Positions 31,889 to 43,500 of a stretch of 64,000 nt of DNA are shown piece by piece (position 1 is the stretch's first letter; every line of letters begins with the position of its first letter). A program made the translations under genes and the position numbers. Location of the stretch: assembly GCA_051546255.1 (NCBI GenBank), contig CP128816.1:1860001-1924000 (forward strand), written 5' to 3'. The notes beneath the pieces were generated by a model. It saw only the letters and a program-made list of their open reading frames with translations, searched no databases and was not told the origin of the DNA. The DNA is from Meyerozyma guilliermondii (lineage: Eukaryota).

Positions 31889-33205
31889 ATGGCAGCAATT
31901 GCCAAAGAAGCCGCCGAGGCGTTTGCTCAGCTAAAGACACTCTCTAATGAAGAACGTTCTGGAGCCTTGCAGAAAATACATGATGGACTCAAATCTGCCA
32001 AATCAAAAGTGCTTGAAAGCAACAAGGTAGACATGGAAAATGCCCGAAAGAACAACCTTTCACCATCGTTGATCAAAAGATTGGACTTGTCAAACAGTGG
32101 AAAGTACGATACCATGTTACAGGGAATTTTGGATGTGGCCAATCTTGACGATCCAATTGGTAAATGTACCTTTGCCAAAAAGTTGGATGAAGGTTTGAAC
32201 TTGTACCGAGTAACGGCGCCATTAGGAGTTCTTCTCATTATATTCGAGTCACGGCCCGAAGTTATTGCCAATATTACAGCCTTGGCTATAAAATCCGGAA
32301 ACGCAGCTATTTTGAAGGGCGGTAAAGAATCGTACCAGACATTCAAGGCCATGAGTGATATCATCAACCAAGTTTTGAGCACCGAAACAAAGGTTCCTGG
32401 ACCAGCCATACAGCTCATTCAATCCCGTGAAGATGTTAGCAACTTGTTGCTGCAGGACAAGTACATAGATTTGGTTATTCCTCGAGGGTCAAATGAATTG
32501 GTAAGAAACATTAAGGAAAACACCAAGATCCCCGTTTTGGGGCACGCAGATGGTATCTGCTCGATTTACATCGATAAGGATGCTGACATTAAAAAGGCTG
32601 TCAAAATAGTCGTTGATTCCAAAACCAACTACCCGGCTGGCTGTAATGCTGCTGAGCAGTTGTTAGTTCATGAAAGTATAAGTTTGGAAAACCTCAACGA
32701 AATACTAACTGGGCTTGCAAATGCCGGTGTCACCATCCATGCTGATCCTCAAGTCTTAAAAGAAGTTCAAGGCTCAATTGATATCGGTGAAAAGTTGCAA
32801 CCTGCTGATGATGATGCTTTTGATAAAGAATACCTTTCCCTTGATATCTCAGTAAAACGAGTTTTGTCGCTTGAAGATGTCATCACCCATATCAATTCTC
32901 ATTCTTCCAAGCATACCGATTGCATAGTCACTGAAACCAAGGTCAATGCCGAAAAGTTCTTGAAGGGAGTAGATTCGGCTGGTGTGTACTGGAATTGTTC
33001 TACTCGTTTTGCTGACGGATTCAGGTATGGATTTGGAACCGAGGTGGGTATTAGCACGAATAAGATTCATGCCAGAGGACCCGTCGGTTTGGAAGGTTTG
33101 ATGAGTTACCAATACCAGTTGAGAGGAGAGGGTCATATTGTTGGGGACTACGTTGGTGGTGGTGGTAACAAGGTGTTTGTTCATGAAGACCTTCCACTTA
33201 ATTAG
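31889..33205 (+). CDS. PRO2: Gamma-glutamyl phosphate reductase
   Basis: IFESRP, ILKGGKE, LVIPRGS, YPAGCNAAE, STRFADGFRYGFGTEVGIST, HARGPVG. Confidence 0.97.
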   Translation: MAAIAKEAAEAFAQLKTLSNEERSGALQKIHDGLKSAKSKVLESNKVDMENARKNNLSPSLIKRLDLSNSGKYDTMLQGILDVANLDDPIGKCTFAKKLDEGLNLYRVTAPLGVLLIIFESRPEVIANITALAIKSGNAAILKGGKESYQTFKAMSDIINQVLSTETKVPGPAIQLIQSREDVSNLLLQDKYIDLVIPRGSNELVRNIKENTKIPVLGHADGICSIYIDKDADIKKAVKIVVDSKTNYPAGCNAAEQLLVHESISLENLNEILTGLANAGVTIHADPQVLKEVQGSIDIGEKLQPADDDAFDKEYLSLDISVKRVLSLEDVITHINSHSSKHTDCIVTETKVNAEKFLKGVDSAGVYWNCSTRFADGFRYGFGTEVGISTNKIHARGPVGLEGLMSYQYQLRGEGHIVGDYVGGGGNKVFVHEDLPLN

Positions 33206-33221
33206 CGAAAATTGTATAATT

Positions 33222-34043
33222 TCAAGAATTTGCTATTTTGAGATTTGCTAATTGAGGATTAAGTACTTGCGAGAATTTTTCGTAGTCATTAGGTGGAAAG
33301 TCTGGGAAATAAGAAACAATTCGACCAGCACCTTCTTCATCGATGTCTAGTAAACTCCATTCTCTCAAGGTGAAAAAATCAGTAAGAGATTTGATCCAAT
33401 TCATTCTTGTATCTATGCTTACGAGATCATCATCAATGACCACCGAGCTTCTTAGTTTCGCCCTGATGGCTCCAAGGTTGTCCACTGCCTTGTTGAGGTC
33501 AACGTCTTTGAATTTACGGCCAATTTCGTCTTTTATAAGACGCAGAAGTCGAGGCGACTTGCCGTTGGTGGAGATCATGATTTGAAGGCTATCTTGGTTG
33601 AACATGCTTCCAAAGTAAAAATCGCACATTGGTGGTTTATCAGCAATGTTCACTGGAAGATGGAGGTACTTGCACTGGTAATATATCTTGGTGGAGAGCT
33701 CGTAATCGTCAATGCAGCAACACACAACTGCAAACCGCTTGTTTGCATCTTCGACTATACGATAATAATCATCACCACCAATATTGTCAATATCAAATTT
33801 GGTTTGTGGTGCGTCCTCATAAAGCTGTAGGTCACTGGATTGGTAATCACGAAGAATTAAACTGTGTATTTTATTGGCTTTCGAAAGTTGCAAGATTTCG
33901 GGATGAGCATCGCGAGATCCAGCAACCACGGTAATTTTAGCATTGGCCCGTATCATGTGATGTACCCTACTGAGGGCCACCTCGCCGGCGCCAATCACAA
34001 GACAGTGCTTTTGCTGTACTTGGTGAGCAAGTAGAAGTGACAT
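33222..34043 (-). CDS. MET8: Precorrin-2 dehydrogenase/sirohydrochlorin ferrochelatase
   Basis: LLLAHQ..LVIGAGEVA, VNIADKPPMCDFYFG, MISTNGKSPR. Confidence 0.93.
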   Translation of the reverse strand: MSLLLAHQVQQKHCLVIGAGEVALSRVHHMIRANAKITVVAGSRDAHPEILQLSKANKIHSLILRDYQSSDLQLYEDAPQTKFDIDNIGGDDYYRIVEDANKRFAVVCCCIDDYELSTKIYYQCKYLHLPVNIADKPPMCDFYFGSMFNQDSLQIMISTNGKSPRLLRLIKDEIGRKFKDVDLNKAVDNLGAIRAKLRSSVVIDDDLVSIDTRMNWIKSLTDFFTLREWSLLDIDEEGAGRIVSYFPDFPPNDYEKFSQVLNPQLANLKIANS

Positions 34044-34754
34044 GAGAGTAGAAGTAGTACAGTGCAGAGGTCGGTATCTTGCCGCAAAAAGGCGGATTGT
34101 GTGCAGTCAAGTGCTGTTGCGTGCCCCGGTTCTGTGCTGCGCCGGTGTGCCGATTGCGCGCTGGGACATGCATAACGTCGCTTCCGCTCCATCCTACACC
34201 CGGCTCGTGCTTGCTCGTAATTGTGCTTGACGAGAGTTGTTTTGGGTGCAAATGGTGACAATGGTACCATAAAAATGATGAATTACGCAATTGAGTTATA
34301 TGACTTGTATATAGCTTATTTATGGAAATAGAAACTTTTTTGGTGGCTTCAACCTGCTTTATGGCCACGTTTGGTAGATACCCACCCAGACCCCACATTA
34401 GTGACTCGATAAAAAAAAATGCGAAAACCGAATTGGGGCACCGACAATTGATTAAATCGCCAGAGTGAAACCTCAATTTAGAGACGGTTTAAGATCTCCA
34501 AGTGCAGATTTTATACTATAGCGACGCTTCAAGGATAAGCTCCATAATAGGGGATCTCAATACGTGTCGCCTTATTGCCAAATCGTTGAACTGTTTCGTA
34601 GTGGCGTTTGAACCAGCAGCGATTAAAAACTGAAAGTTGACCTTGACAGCTGGTACTCATCGGATCCTGACAAAACAAAACTTTTCAGCCTAGTCTATCG
34701 AACCTGAAACTCATACTCGCCTTGAATTTGATCATCGCTCAACTCCAAGACAAC

Positions 34755-36620
34755 ATGTTGCACTCTACTGAACGGAGAAAGTCGGCCGCTGAACGGCGCC
34801 CTAGCACATCCTACACCCCACCAGTAATTCCTCATCTTGCTGGATTGGAAAAACCACAAGCTCACACCCTTAATATGGACCACTGTGACATCTTGATTAT
34901 GGGCACGGGTCTCACCGAGAGTGTTTTAGCTGCAGCGTTATCATGGCAAGGTGTGGAGGTTTTGCACATCGACCGTAACAATTACTACGGTGATCTGAGC
35001 CTGACCATGACTATAGAGCAGTTGAAAAAATGGTGCCATGAAGTAAATCAGGGCAAGATCCCCCACTTCCAGGATGCACAAATATACATTCCTGGAGGCG
35101 GCAGTCGTATCAGCAGTAAAGATTATGGTATTGACTTGACTCCTCGGCTCATGTTTGCTCAATCTGATTTATTGGCTCTTTTGGTTCAGCTGAGAGTTTA
35201 CAGGTACCTCGAATTCCAGAGCTTGAGTAATTTCCATGTTTTCGAAAATGACAATTTTAACAAGAACGTCTCCAATACCAGTAAGGAGGATATCTTCACT
35301 GATCAGTCGTTATCACTCAAGACAAAGAGACAATTGATGAAGTTACTCAAGTTTATCTTGGCAGATTCTCAAGATGAATCCAAGCAATCAGTACTTGCCG
35401 AAAACGCAGCCACCCCTATTGCTGAATTCTTAGAGAAGAATTTTCATCTTGAAACTCCTCAGATCAACGAGTTGATTTACCTGATTGGTTTGTGTCCATT
35501 ATCGCAGACTACGGCCCCTGATGCCCTTGCCCGAATCCGACGCTTTTTGACCTCATTTGATGTCTATGGCAACTTCCCGGTGATGATGCTGAAGTACGGT
35601 GGTCCGGGTGAAATTTCTCAAGGCTTTTGTCGGTCTGCAGCTGTGGCCGGCACCACATACAAACTAAACACTAGCCTTGTTGATTATGATCCATCTCTGA
35701 AAGTGGCTAAGTTTAGCGACGGAAGTGCAATTAAAATCAACGAGAAGTTGGTCATTTCCCCATCTCAAATTCCTCGGTTTTTGCAATCAGGATACTCCGA
35801 GATCACTTCGAAGCTCAAACTTTCTTACGTTACTAGAATGACGACTATAGTCAAACGTGATTGTAAGGAATGGATGACAGACAATGAACCAGCTGCGGTA
35901 GTGGTCTTTCCACCTAAATCGTTGCCCACTGGCAACAACGAAAGTGTCCAGGTAATTATTCAGAACGGTAACTCGGGCATCTGTCCAGATGGCCAATCAG
36001 TTTGGTATTCGCAGACTTGTGAGCAGGACTTGCGGAGGGCGAAAGAAGACTTGGAGAGTGCTTACGAGAAGATGGAGGCTGCTTTGTTGCGAGAAACTTC
36101 GTCCAACCTTGACGAGGTACTTGATGAGAACGATTTTGTATTGAGTGCCAACGGAACACCATTGGTTGCCAATTCTTTCAAGTTGGGCAAGTCATTACAA
36201 AGTTTTGTTCCAAAGGAAAAGTTGGAGATTATTTGCAAATTGGGATATGTTCAAAGTACTTTTGTTAATCTTGATTTGTCAAATCAAATGTTCCCTACGA
36301 GTGAGAATAATGTGTCATTGGATACCCTTCGCGATGCTGAGGATATCGTGTTCACCAACATGCCATCTGCCGAAATCAGCTACGATGGAGTTGTAAGTGA
36401 TTGCAGAACCTTATTTACAAGAATCACAGGGTCCGAAGATGATTTCTTTGACGTTGACTTTGAAGACGAAGAGTTTGACGAGGGGCAAGGATCTACATCC
36501 GTGAGTGAAGCCGTCAAGAACGGTGACATCCTTATGAAAGATCATGAAAATGCCATTGAAGATAGCGATAGCGACGACGATCGTCACGGACCTTTTGGAA
36601 CCGACCTGATGGAGTTATAG
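34755..36620 (+). CDS. MRS6: Rab escort protein
   Basis: ERRKSAAERRPS, IPHLAG, GTGLTESVLAAALSWQG, YGGPGEISQGFCRSAAV; first ATG 34755. Confidence 0.95.
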   Translation: MLHSTERRKSAAERRPSTSYTPPVIPHLAGLEKPQAHTLNMDHCDILIMGTGLTESVLAAALSWQGVEVLHIDRNNYYGDLSLTMTIEQLKKWCHEVNQGKIPHFQDAQIYIPGGGSRISSKDYGIDLTPRLMFAQSDLLALLVQLRVYRYLEFQSLSNFHVFENDNFNKNVSNTSKEDIFTDQSLSLKTKRQLMKLLKFILADSQDESKQSVLAENAATPIAEFLEKNFHLETPQINELIYLIGLCPLSQTTAPDALARIRRFLTSFDVYGNFPVMMLKYGGPGEISQGFCRSAAVAGTTYKLNTSLVDYDPSLKVAKFSDGSAIKINEKLVISPSQIPRFLQSGYSEITSKLKLSYVTRMTTIVKRDCKEWMTDNEPAAVVVFPPKSLPTGNNESVQVIIQNGNSGICPDGQSVWYSQTCEQDLRRAKEDLESAYEKMEAALLRETSSNLDEVLDENDFVLSANGTPLVANSFKLGKSLQSFVPKEKLEIICKLGYVQSTFVNLDLSNQMFPTSENNVSLDTLRDAEDIVFTNMPSAEISYDGVVSDCRTLFTRITGSEDDFFDVDFEDEEFDEGQGSTSVSEAVKNGDILMKDHENAIEDSDSDDDRHGPFGTDLMEL

Positions 36621-37001
36621 AGTCAGTAATAAACTGTATAGAGAGCGAGTAATTCAATTCCGCGTACTTAGAGTAGGTGTCTACTGTCAGTGAGAGAGCC
36701 AAGCCCGTAGAGTATTAGATATCAGAATTCTACAGACTAGGTTTTAGTAAACTACCACTTAGTTTCTTAACCTACAACGTAGTTTCTTAAGTGTGCAATG
36801 TCAACGTTGGGCATTGCGAACTAAGAGATTTAGTTAATATATTTTGAGTTGAGCAAAATAGAGATAATAGAGGAAAACGCAATCGAAAGTAGAAACAGTA
36901 ATTGAATATCCTAGGATCAACACAACCTACAATCATCAGCCTGCTTGGTTCATCAGCACTTGGAACATGGTCTTCATCCTGTATATATCCGATACGGTTC
37001 C

Positions 37002-37052
37002 TCACGTGCAGGGCTCTGCCCTCGACGCTCGCTGAAAAATGGATTTTTTTCA
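37002..37052 (+). promoter_or_regulatory. Cbf1 site, Tbf1-like palindrome and RRPE-like elements upstream of RPS12
   Basis: TCACGTG 37002, AGGGCTCTGCCCT 37010, TGAAAAAT...ATTTTTTTCA 37033-37052. Confidence 0.6.
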
Positions 37053-37099
37053 CCTCTTCTCTACTGAGCGGATTACATCTGACGAAGAAGTCTTAAATA

Positions 37100-37534
37100 A
37101 TGTCTGACGTCGAAGAACAACAAATTGTCGAAGAAGTTGCTGTTGAGCAAACCGAGGGAGGTTCTATCTCCATCGAAGATGCCTTGAAGGTCGTTTTGAG
37201 AACTTCATTGGTTCACGATGGTTTGGCCAGAGGTTTGAGAGAAGCCTCCAAGGCTTTGTCCAGAGGTGAGGCCCAATTATGTGTCTTGTGTGACTCTGTG
37301 ACTGAAGAATCCATCATCAAGTTGGTGGAGGCCCTCTGTAACGAGCCAGAAGAGAAGATTCCTTTGATCAAGGTTTCCGACGCCAAGTTGTTGGGTGAGT
37401 GGGCCGGTCTCTGTCAATTGGACAGAGAGGGTAACGCCAGAAAGGTTGTTGGTGCTTCTTGTGTTGTTGTCAAGAACTGGGGTGCTGACTCTGAGGAGAG
37501 AAACATCTTGTTGGAGCACTTCTCTCAGCAATAA
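37100..37534 (+). CDS. RPS12: 40S ribosomal protein S12
   Basis: [25 protein letters not shown]...[14 protein letters not shown]. Confidence 0.98.
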   Translation: MSDVEEQQIVEEVAVEQTEGGSISIEDALKVVLRTSLVHDGLARGLREASKALSRGEAQLCVLCDSVTEESIIKLVEALCNEPEEKIPLIKVSDAKLLGEWAGLCQLDREGNARKVVGASCVVVKNWGADSEERNILLEHFSQQ

Positions 37535-37729
37535 ATATCTCAATAAAGAGTAGTCAACTAGCGATTTGTAGAAGTGTAGGGAAAGCATTTGGCCAAGAAT
37601 TTGAACTCTTGGGTTAGAATTTGCGTCCATCAGTAAGATCTTACCCAAGTACTTTTCACAGACCGTTGTATTGGTGTATGGGTGTGCTCACTAACAACTG
37701 TTTTGGTGCTTAGATCTGTATCTGTTTAT

Positions 37730-38971
37730 ATGTCTACTGATAGATTGGCTAGAATTGAGGCCCGTACCCGAGGTTCTGGGTAAGTATTTATACTTATAAA
37801 TGCCTTATGGTATTCACAATAAGGTTTTCTGTACTCAAAATCAAGTTACTAATTCAGAAAACGCGCTGTTAACGTGTCTGATTTCAGCATCAAGATCGAT
37901 GCCGCCGCTTTAGAACCCTCTGACGATGATATAGATGGCAATGAACACAACTTTGGATCCTTCAGTCCCAGAGCACAAAGAAATAATGACGTTTCAGACG
38001 ATTTTTTCGCCTTGCAAGTTAAAACAGACCCAGCTCCAAAACGAAAATCCACCAAGCGGCACAAAGAATCACACAAAAAGTCTAAAAAAAGCACCAATAA
38101 TGCAAAGATTGAACCGAAAGACGACGAATTTGTGATTTCAGAAGTTTTGGATTCTCGTAGTATGAAACCACCTCGACTGGAGAGCCCACCACCTAGAGTC
38201 GAGAACAAGAAAACCACACAATCCAATCAACCCAAAAGGCCCAGAAGGAACAGCAATACACGTGTATCACAAAAGGTCCATAAACCGTTCAAATCACAAA
38301 CAATTGCTCGCTTAGCGAACATCGATCTGCGCGATGCCTTGGGTCGCGATGAGGATATTAGTATGATAGACGATGCCATTCCTTTGAGCAAGGCGAAGCG
38401 CCGGGAACGCCAGAAACCCATGCTTATCGATGTGGATCGTCTTGTCAATGAAAGAAGTGCCAGCAAAAGAGTGAAAATTAATACGATTGATGTTCTCAAG
38501 CATTTGGTACAAACATTCGAACCACCGAGGCAATCTGCTGAACGAGTGGATCCCGAGATTGTACACCACGAATTCAAAATGCATTTGATGAACTATCTTA
38601 GTGTGCTACAAGATATGCATGCTAATATCAACGACTTGTCGGAAGAGATACAAGAAACCCAGCGTCGGAAGCGGGACTTACGGGCTGAAGTGTATGAGAT
38701 TCGAAAAAAGCATGGAGAAGTTGGTACTCAGTTGAGTAGCTTGAGGCAATCGTACCTGGACAGCAAGTATAACCATGAACAATTCATTAAGAACGCCGAT
38801 CAATTGCGTATTTTGAAGGAGCGTACCAAAGGAGAGGGACAGAACACTATTGATCTACACAGCGTCGTCGAATTACAGGTAGCGGCAGTGAACAAATTGG
38901 TGAATCCAGTTTCAGGCATTTATTCGAAATTGAGGATGATAAACAATCAGCTAGAGAACAGGAGGAATTAA
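37730..38971 (+). CDS. AME1: Kinetochore protein Ame1/CENP-U-like; exons 37730-37779 and 37858-38971
   Basis: Intron GTAAGT...TACTAAT..CAG joins MSTDRLARIEARTRGSG in frame to KRAVNVSDF; INTIDVLKHL motif and coiled coil. Confidence 0.72.
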
Positions 38972-39054
38972 TATTACACAGGATCTATACCCTGCCAGTT
39001 GGGCAATACGCATACACAAAGCGATATGGCAACTTGCAACGATAAATGCATCAT

Positions 39055-39576
39055 CTAACTGTCCTCGGCGACCAAAGCAACGATCATTCTGTACAAGTAG
39101 AAGAAGAATACTAACAAGTGGAAACCCAACTTGAGGAAGGACTCCTTCTTATGCTTTGACAAGGTTCTGAAAATCTCGGTGGCATCTAACATGTGGTTCT
39201 TGTTGACGATTTTGTTGACGTTGTGTGCCAACAATGGAGCATTCAACAAGAAGGTGAACCAGTATCCGTTCACAAGGAACAAAAGAGTTAAAAATCCATG
39301 TAAACCAGCCTCAGGAATAAACCAAGGATTGAGCTTGTTACACAACTCAATAGGATTGATATAGTCACATTCTAAGTCGGAATACATGATGGTGAAAAAC
39401 ACTTGGGCAAACAAGTTAACCACATTGGTTATCATAGCAAAAATAAACAACCTTATTGTTAGTATAGTTTTAGATCAAAAGGTACCTTATGATAAACCTC
39501 TACTGGATATAATCACAAGAGCGTTTACAAGGGTTAACCCCCTTCGTAAAATTACTTACCAGCTTTCTCCGTTCAT
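39055..39576 (-). CDS. ERV14: Cornichon ER cargo receptor; exons 39576-39560 and 39451-39055
   Basis: Intron GTAAGT...TACTAAC-AATAAG gives [27 protein letters not shown] and [10 protein letters not shown] motifs. Confidence 0.95.
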
Positions 39577-39679
39577 TATCGCTTTATCTCGAACTGCTGA
39601 AATCCTAATTTTCATTACAATTGAGCATTACATAAGAGGAAAATTACCTGCAGGTTTTATATTTTGCTGTGGCAGATAC

Positions 39680-40405
39680 TTATACCTCTAAACATTCCCA
39701 CTTGACTCCATCGTACTCAATGGTGTCTCCAACCGTACAAGAAAGTTCCTTTGGAAACATTTTTTCCCCGTACTTGATCAAATCGTTCCAATTACCATCA
39801 TAATGTGACCTAATCACACTGAACTTGCAAGTCAGTTTCGTATAAAGAAGTCCCTGCAACCAATTACCCAATTTCAACAACTTGCCTTCATATGTTGGAT
39901 TAGAGACCTTAAGGACAGTTGCTTTGCACAGATATGCCTCCTTCTCTCTCACGTCTTCAGTTGGGTTGTGCGCAATTGGATCTAACGATTTCCAAATCTC
40001 GATATATTCTTCCTCTTTACCAGTTTCAGGGCTGATCATAGAACCTGTTTCTTTACGGTTCTCACTGCCCTCAATCGATGAGAAGTGTCCGATATCTGGC
40101 GCTCCCTGAATTTGAATTTGGTCGGGTGGTGTACCTGTCTCAAGAGCTTCAGAAACAGCGATATGATCCAAATCTTTCTTAAAGTTGATTGTACCTCCAC
40201 CTAAGGGTTCTTCTATGCCACACATACACCATTGGAAGACTTCGTCAATTGGCTTTGTAGCATCTCTTTCACTCAATGGATAGTACTGACGGAAAATACG
40301 AATGTCAACAAAGTGCCCGCTCTTGGAATTCATCACAAGAGTGTTAGAGAGTTCCTCCGGTTCATTCGGAGGCCATTGTAACGAGACTCGAGTAGAAAGT
40401 GACAT
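39680..40405 (-). CDS. HRI1: Hri1 family protein
   Basis: STRVSLQWPP, GHFVDIR, RKETGSM..P.TG....YIEIW.SLDP; first ATG 40405. Confidence 0.82.
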   Translation of the reverse strand: MSLSTRVSLQWPPNEPEELSNTLVMNSKSGHFVDIRIFRQYYPLSERDATKPIDEVFQWCMCGIEEPLGGGTINFKKDLDHIAVSEALETGTPPDQIQIQGAPDIGHFSSIEGSENRKETGSMISPETGKEEEYIEIWKSLDPIAHNPTEDVREKEAYLCKATVLKVSNPTYEGKLLKLGNWLQGLLYTKLTCKFSVIRSHYDGNWNDLIKYGEKMFPKELSCTVGDTIEYDGVKWECLEV

Positions 40406-40511
40406 TTTTGAGGTCAACGGTGCCCAGGGCCTTAAATAGATAAGCCGCTGGAATCTTGGCGGGTAATTCGTTTTTGGCGGTTGCAAATTCCGCGCACCCT
40501 TACACCCAGAC

Positions 40512-43500
40512 TTATTCCGTTGCCAAATCGCGTAGTTGGTCTTTGCACCACCTCCTCTTTTCCTTAGTTACGGCAATGCCATCCAATTTGCGTAATTTGG
40601 GGAAATAATTGACTAGTAATGTCTCGTACCTAACTCTTTGATTGAGCTTTTCTTGATTGCGACTAATTTTCTTTTCAATGTACTCTGAATCTCTTTCTTC
40701 CCAGTTGCTGGTGTTCTTGGTAAGTGCTCTGTAATGTATAGCAAAGCTTTCTATATCGTCCAACGTTTCCAATTGAATCGGTTGGGGGTCATCAGCATCA
40801 ACTTCATTGGGACTGAAGACATAAGGGTATAATTCAACATTGATTGGATTGAGCCTCAAATCTAATACCTCAAGCGAATCGCGACTGGCTGACAATGATG
40901 AAATTATATCCTTGATTTTGAAAATATTATTGCTGACCAAAAACACTCTTTTGAGGTTGCACATACCTTCCAACCCGCTAAGTACATTCAACCGGTTAAA
41001 GTTGAGATTAATTTCGAAAAGATTGGGAAATTGGCTACTCAAGTTTGATGGAAGTTCATCGTATTCCATTGCGGCCATTGTCAAGCAATTCACACCGACA
41101 AACCGTCTCGAAGCGGTAAATGAAAATTGGGTGTTTCCAGAGAGATCGAGCGCTCGTGACAGGACGATATTTTGCAACACATGACGAATTAAATCATCCT
41201 TGTGCTGCGACTTGAGCGAAATCTCATCAAGGTGTTCCAACTTGTGCAAGTTTTCCACGCTTCTTAGATAGTTACCATCGAAGCGGAGCACGCGCAAAAA
41301 CGGGAATGCACCGACATCAAGCAGTCTCAACTTGTTACTCTTCACGAGCAACTTTTTCATGAGTGGATGTACTCCTTCACAACTCATTCTGGAAATACTG
41401 TTATCATTAACATTGAGGATTCTCAACGAGTGCAAACGCTCAATACCCACAATAGACGTGATGCGATTATCGGACAAATTAATCTCTTGGACATTTGGTA
41501 AGTCGAAATTTGAAAAATCTATTTCGCCAGATAACAGGTTTCGGGAAAGATCCAAATAAATGAGGTTTCTCAAACCTTCTAAACCATTGAGAGATGATAT
41601 CTGGTTATTGGCTAACAGCAACCGATTCAAATGAACATTGTGACGCAAATTTTCTACCAGACTCAAATTGTTATCCGCCAACAGCAACTGTTGTAAAGCT
41701 TGAAAATTCTGAAAAGATGTGACGTTTCTCAAATCATTCTTGGATGCATTCAACAGTAAAATGCTTTCGGGAATACCCGCCAAGAATTTGATATTGTTGT
41801 CTGCAATGTTTGCTGATACCAAGTTGGGTAAGAAGTCGGCAAGGCCCTCGACTGAGTCAAGTTGAAGAGCCGACAAGTTTACATCAGTAACCTTGCCCCA
41901 CAGCGATTCAGGAATTGTTTCAGTTAACAAGGAAACTAGCTTTTTATGCGTTTGCGTGAATGTCACATCGTCTAGCTGGGATACTTGAGTTACATCTCCA
42001 GGCATCGGCGAACGTCGTTTAGGTGTCGATGTCTCGCTCTCATGGGGCAAGTGAAAGGAAACTTCTTGTTTGTGGTTCTTCGCTTTCAAAACTCTGTTGC
42101 CATCAGTAGGTTTCAATATACTATTTTCTCTCTCATTCATGGTTTCGAGATCTTCAATCGAGTCCAAGCTTCCACCCATGTCATTCTCTTTGTCGTTGGG
42201 TATCCATCGTTGATTCTCCACGTCTAGGACCATGTTGTTGTAAGAAGTTGGTAAAGCATTACTTGGCTTAATTTTTCCCACGTCATGACGAAACTGTTGC
42301 GCTTTGAGCGAGTTTTCATCATTGTGATCCACGGTCGTAGGTCGAGGAAATTCGTTAGATTGGTGCTTTCTATGACGAAGACCCAATTGTGACGCCCGTT
42401 TCCACTTAATAAGCTGTTCAGCATCGTTGAAACTGTGATCTGCTAACCCACTTGTTTGGTTCCTGAGCAGACGAGAGACAGAAGTTCTTTCTTGGCGACC
42501 AAGCTCTCTGATGATATCTCGTAATTGCTTGTTCTCGTTCTTAAGTTGCTCCATGACTTGATGGTGATCAGTGGTAACAAGGTGCTCGAGCTCATTAAGA
42601 CGACTTCGTAGGTGTTGGAAATCGTAATCGTTTGAAGGCGAATGCAGTTCAGCAATATAATTCGAAGCAGCCCCTGTCTCATCGACAGTATCGACAAAAG
42701 ATAACGAATCAAGTTTTTCAAGGTTTTCTACTGAAAGTCGACTATCGTTATTTGTTGTTACAGGTTGTGTAGAGTTGTGAAATGAATGACTCTCCCTGCT
42801 ACCGACAGACGTATAGTCGTCATCGCCCCTTTTTGAAGCAGAAATGCTCGAAGATTCGTCATCAAAACCTGTGGTGAATGAGGAATAGTCATCGTCAATC
42901 ACCTTGGCATTTTTAGGTGTTGAAGTTGCCGTGGTTTGCATTTGGTCTTTTTCATTGGCAGTTTTGAATCCTCTTTTTTGGATATTGCTGAATATGTTAT
43001 TGGCATTTTGAAGGAACTGTTGCTCGGAGTAGCTTCCTGACTTCGTAAAGTCACGGATCATAAACTTGGGCTGAGATGCCTTGTCTTCGTGCGTGGGTTC
43101 CTGCTTTTGGGTCGGCATTTTCACTTCTTCGCTATCTTCTTGGACCGATGAATTATGTTGAGTATAGTTCAGAGTGTCAGGAATTTCAAACTTGGGCGGC
43201 TTATTCATTTTCTGCAACACATCTGCTAGCTTGTCTTTCGTAAACGTGTTATACTTATCTCCAAATAACTTTAGAGGGGATTCAGGGTTCGGAACATAAG
43301 CTGGTACACCTTCCTGTTCCAAAAGGTGTTCTAGATGCTGAAGCTGGTCTTTCGACAAGTGAAGTGGAACCGAAGCCATGGAGTTTGAAGTGGTGGATGT
43401 CATAGAGTTGCTTATAGAATCATGAAAGCGGTTATCAGATTTCGTTTCTGTTTTCAGCAGCTCGGATGCAAAGATGTTTTGGAGTTGAGGTTGAGATTTG

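Noticed and set aside
33967..34476. 169-aa ORF in the MET8-MRS6 spacer
   Set aside because: Non-ATG start, overlaps the MET8 start out of frame, no protein-like features; probably a divergent promoter
36621..37729. Possible snoRNA in the spacers around RPS12
   Set aside because: No convincing C/D or H/ACA structure by eye; an Infernal/Rfam scan would be needed
37807..37857. Alternative AME1 start ATG followed by a GTATTC donor
   Set aside because: Splicing to the CAG at 37857 would hit TAA after four codons; the GTAAGT donor at 37780 keeps the frame
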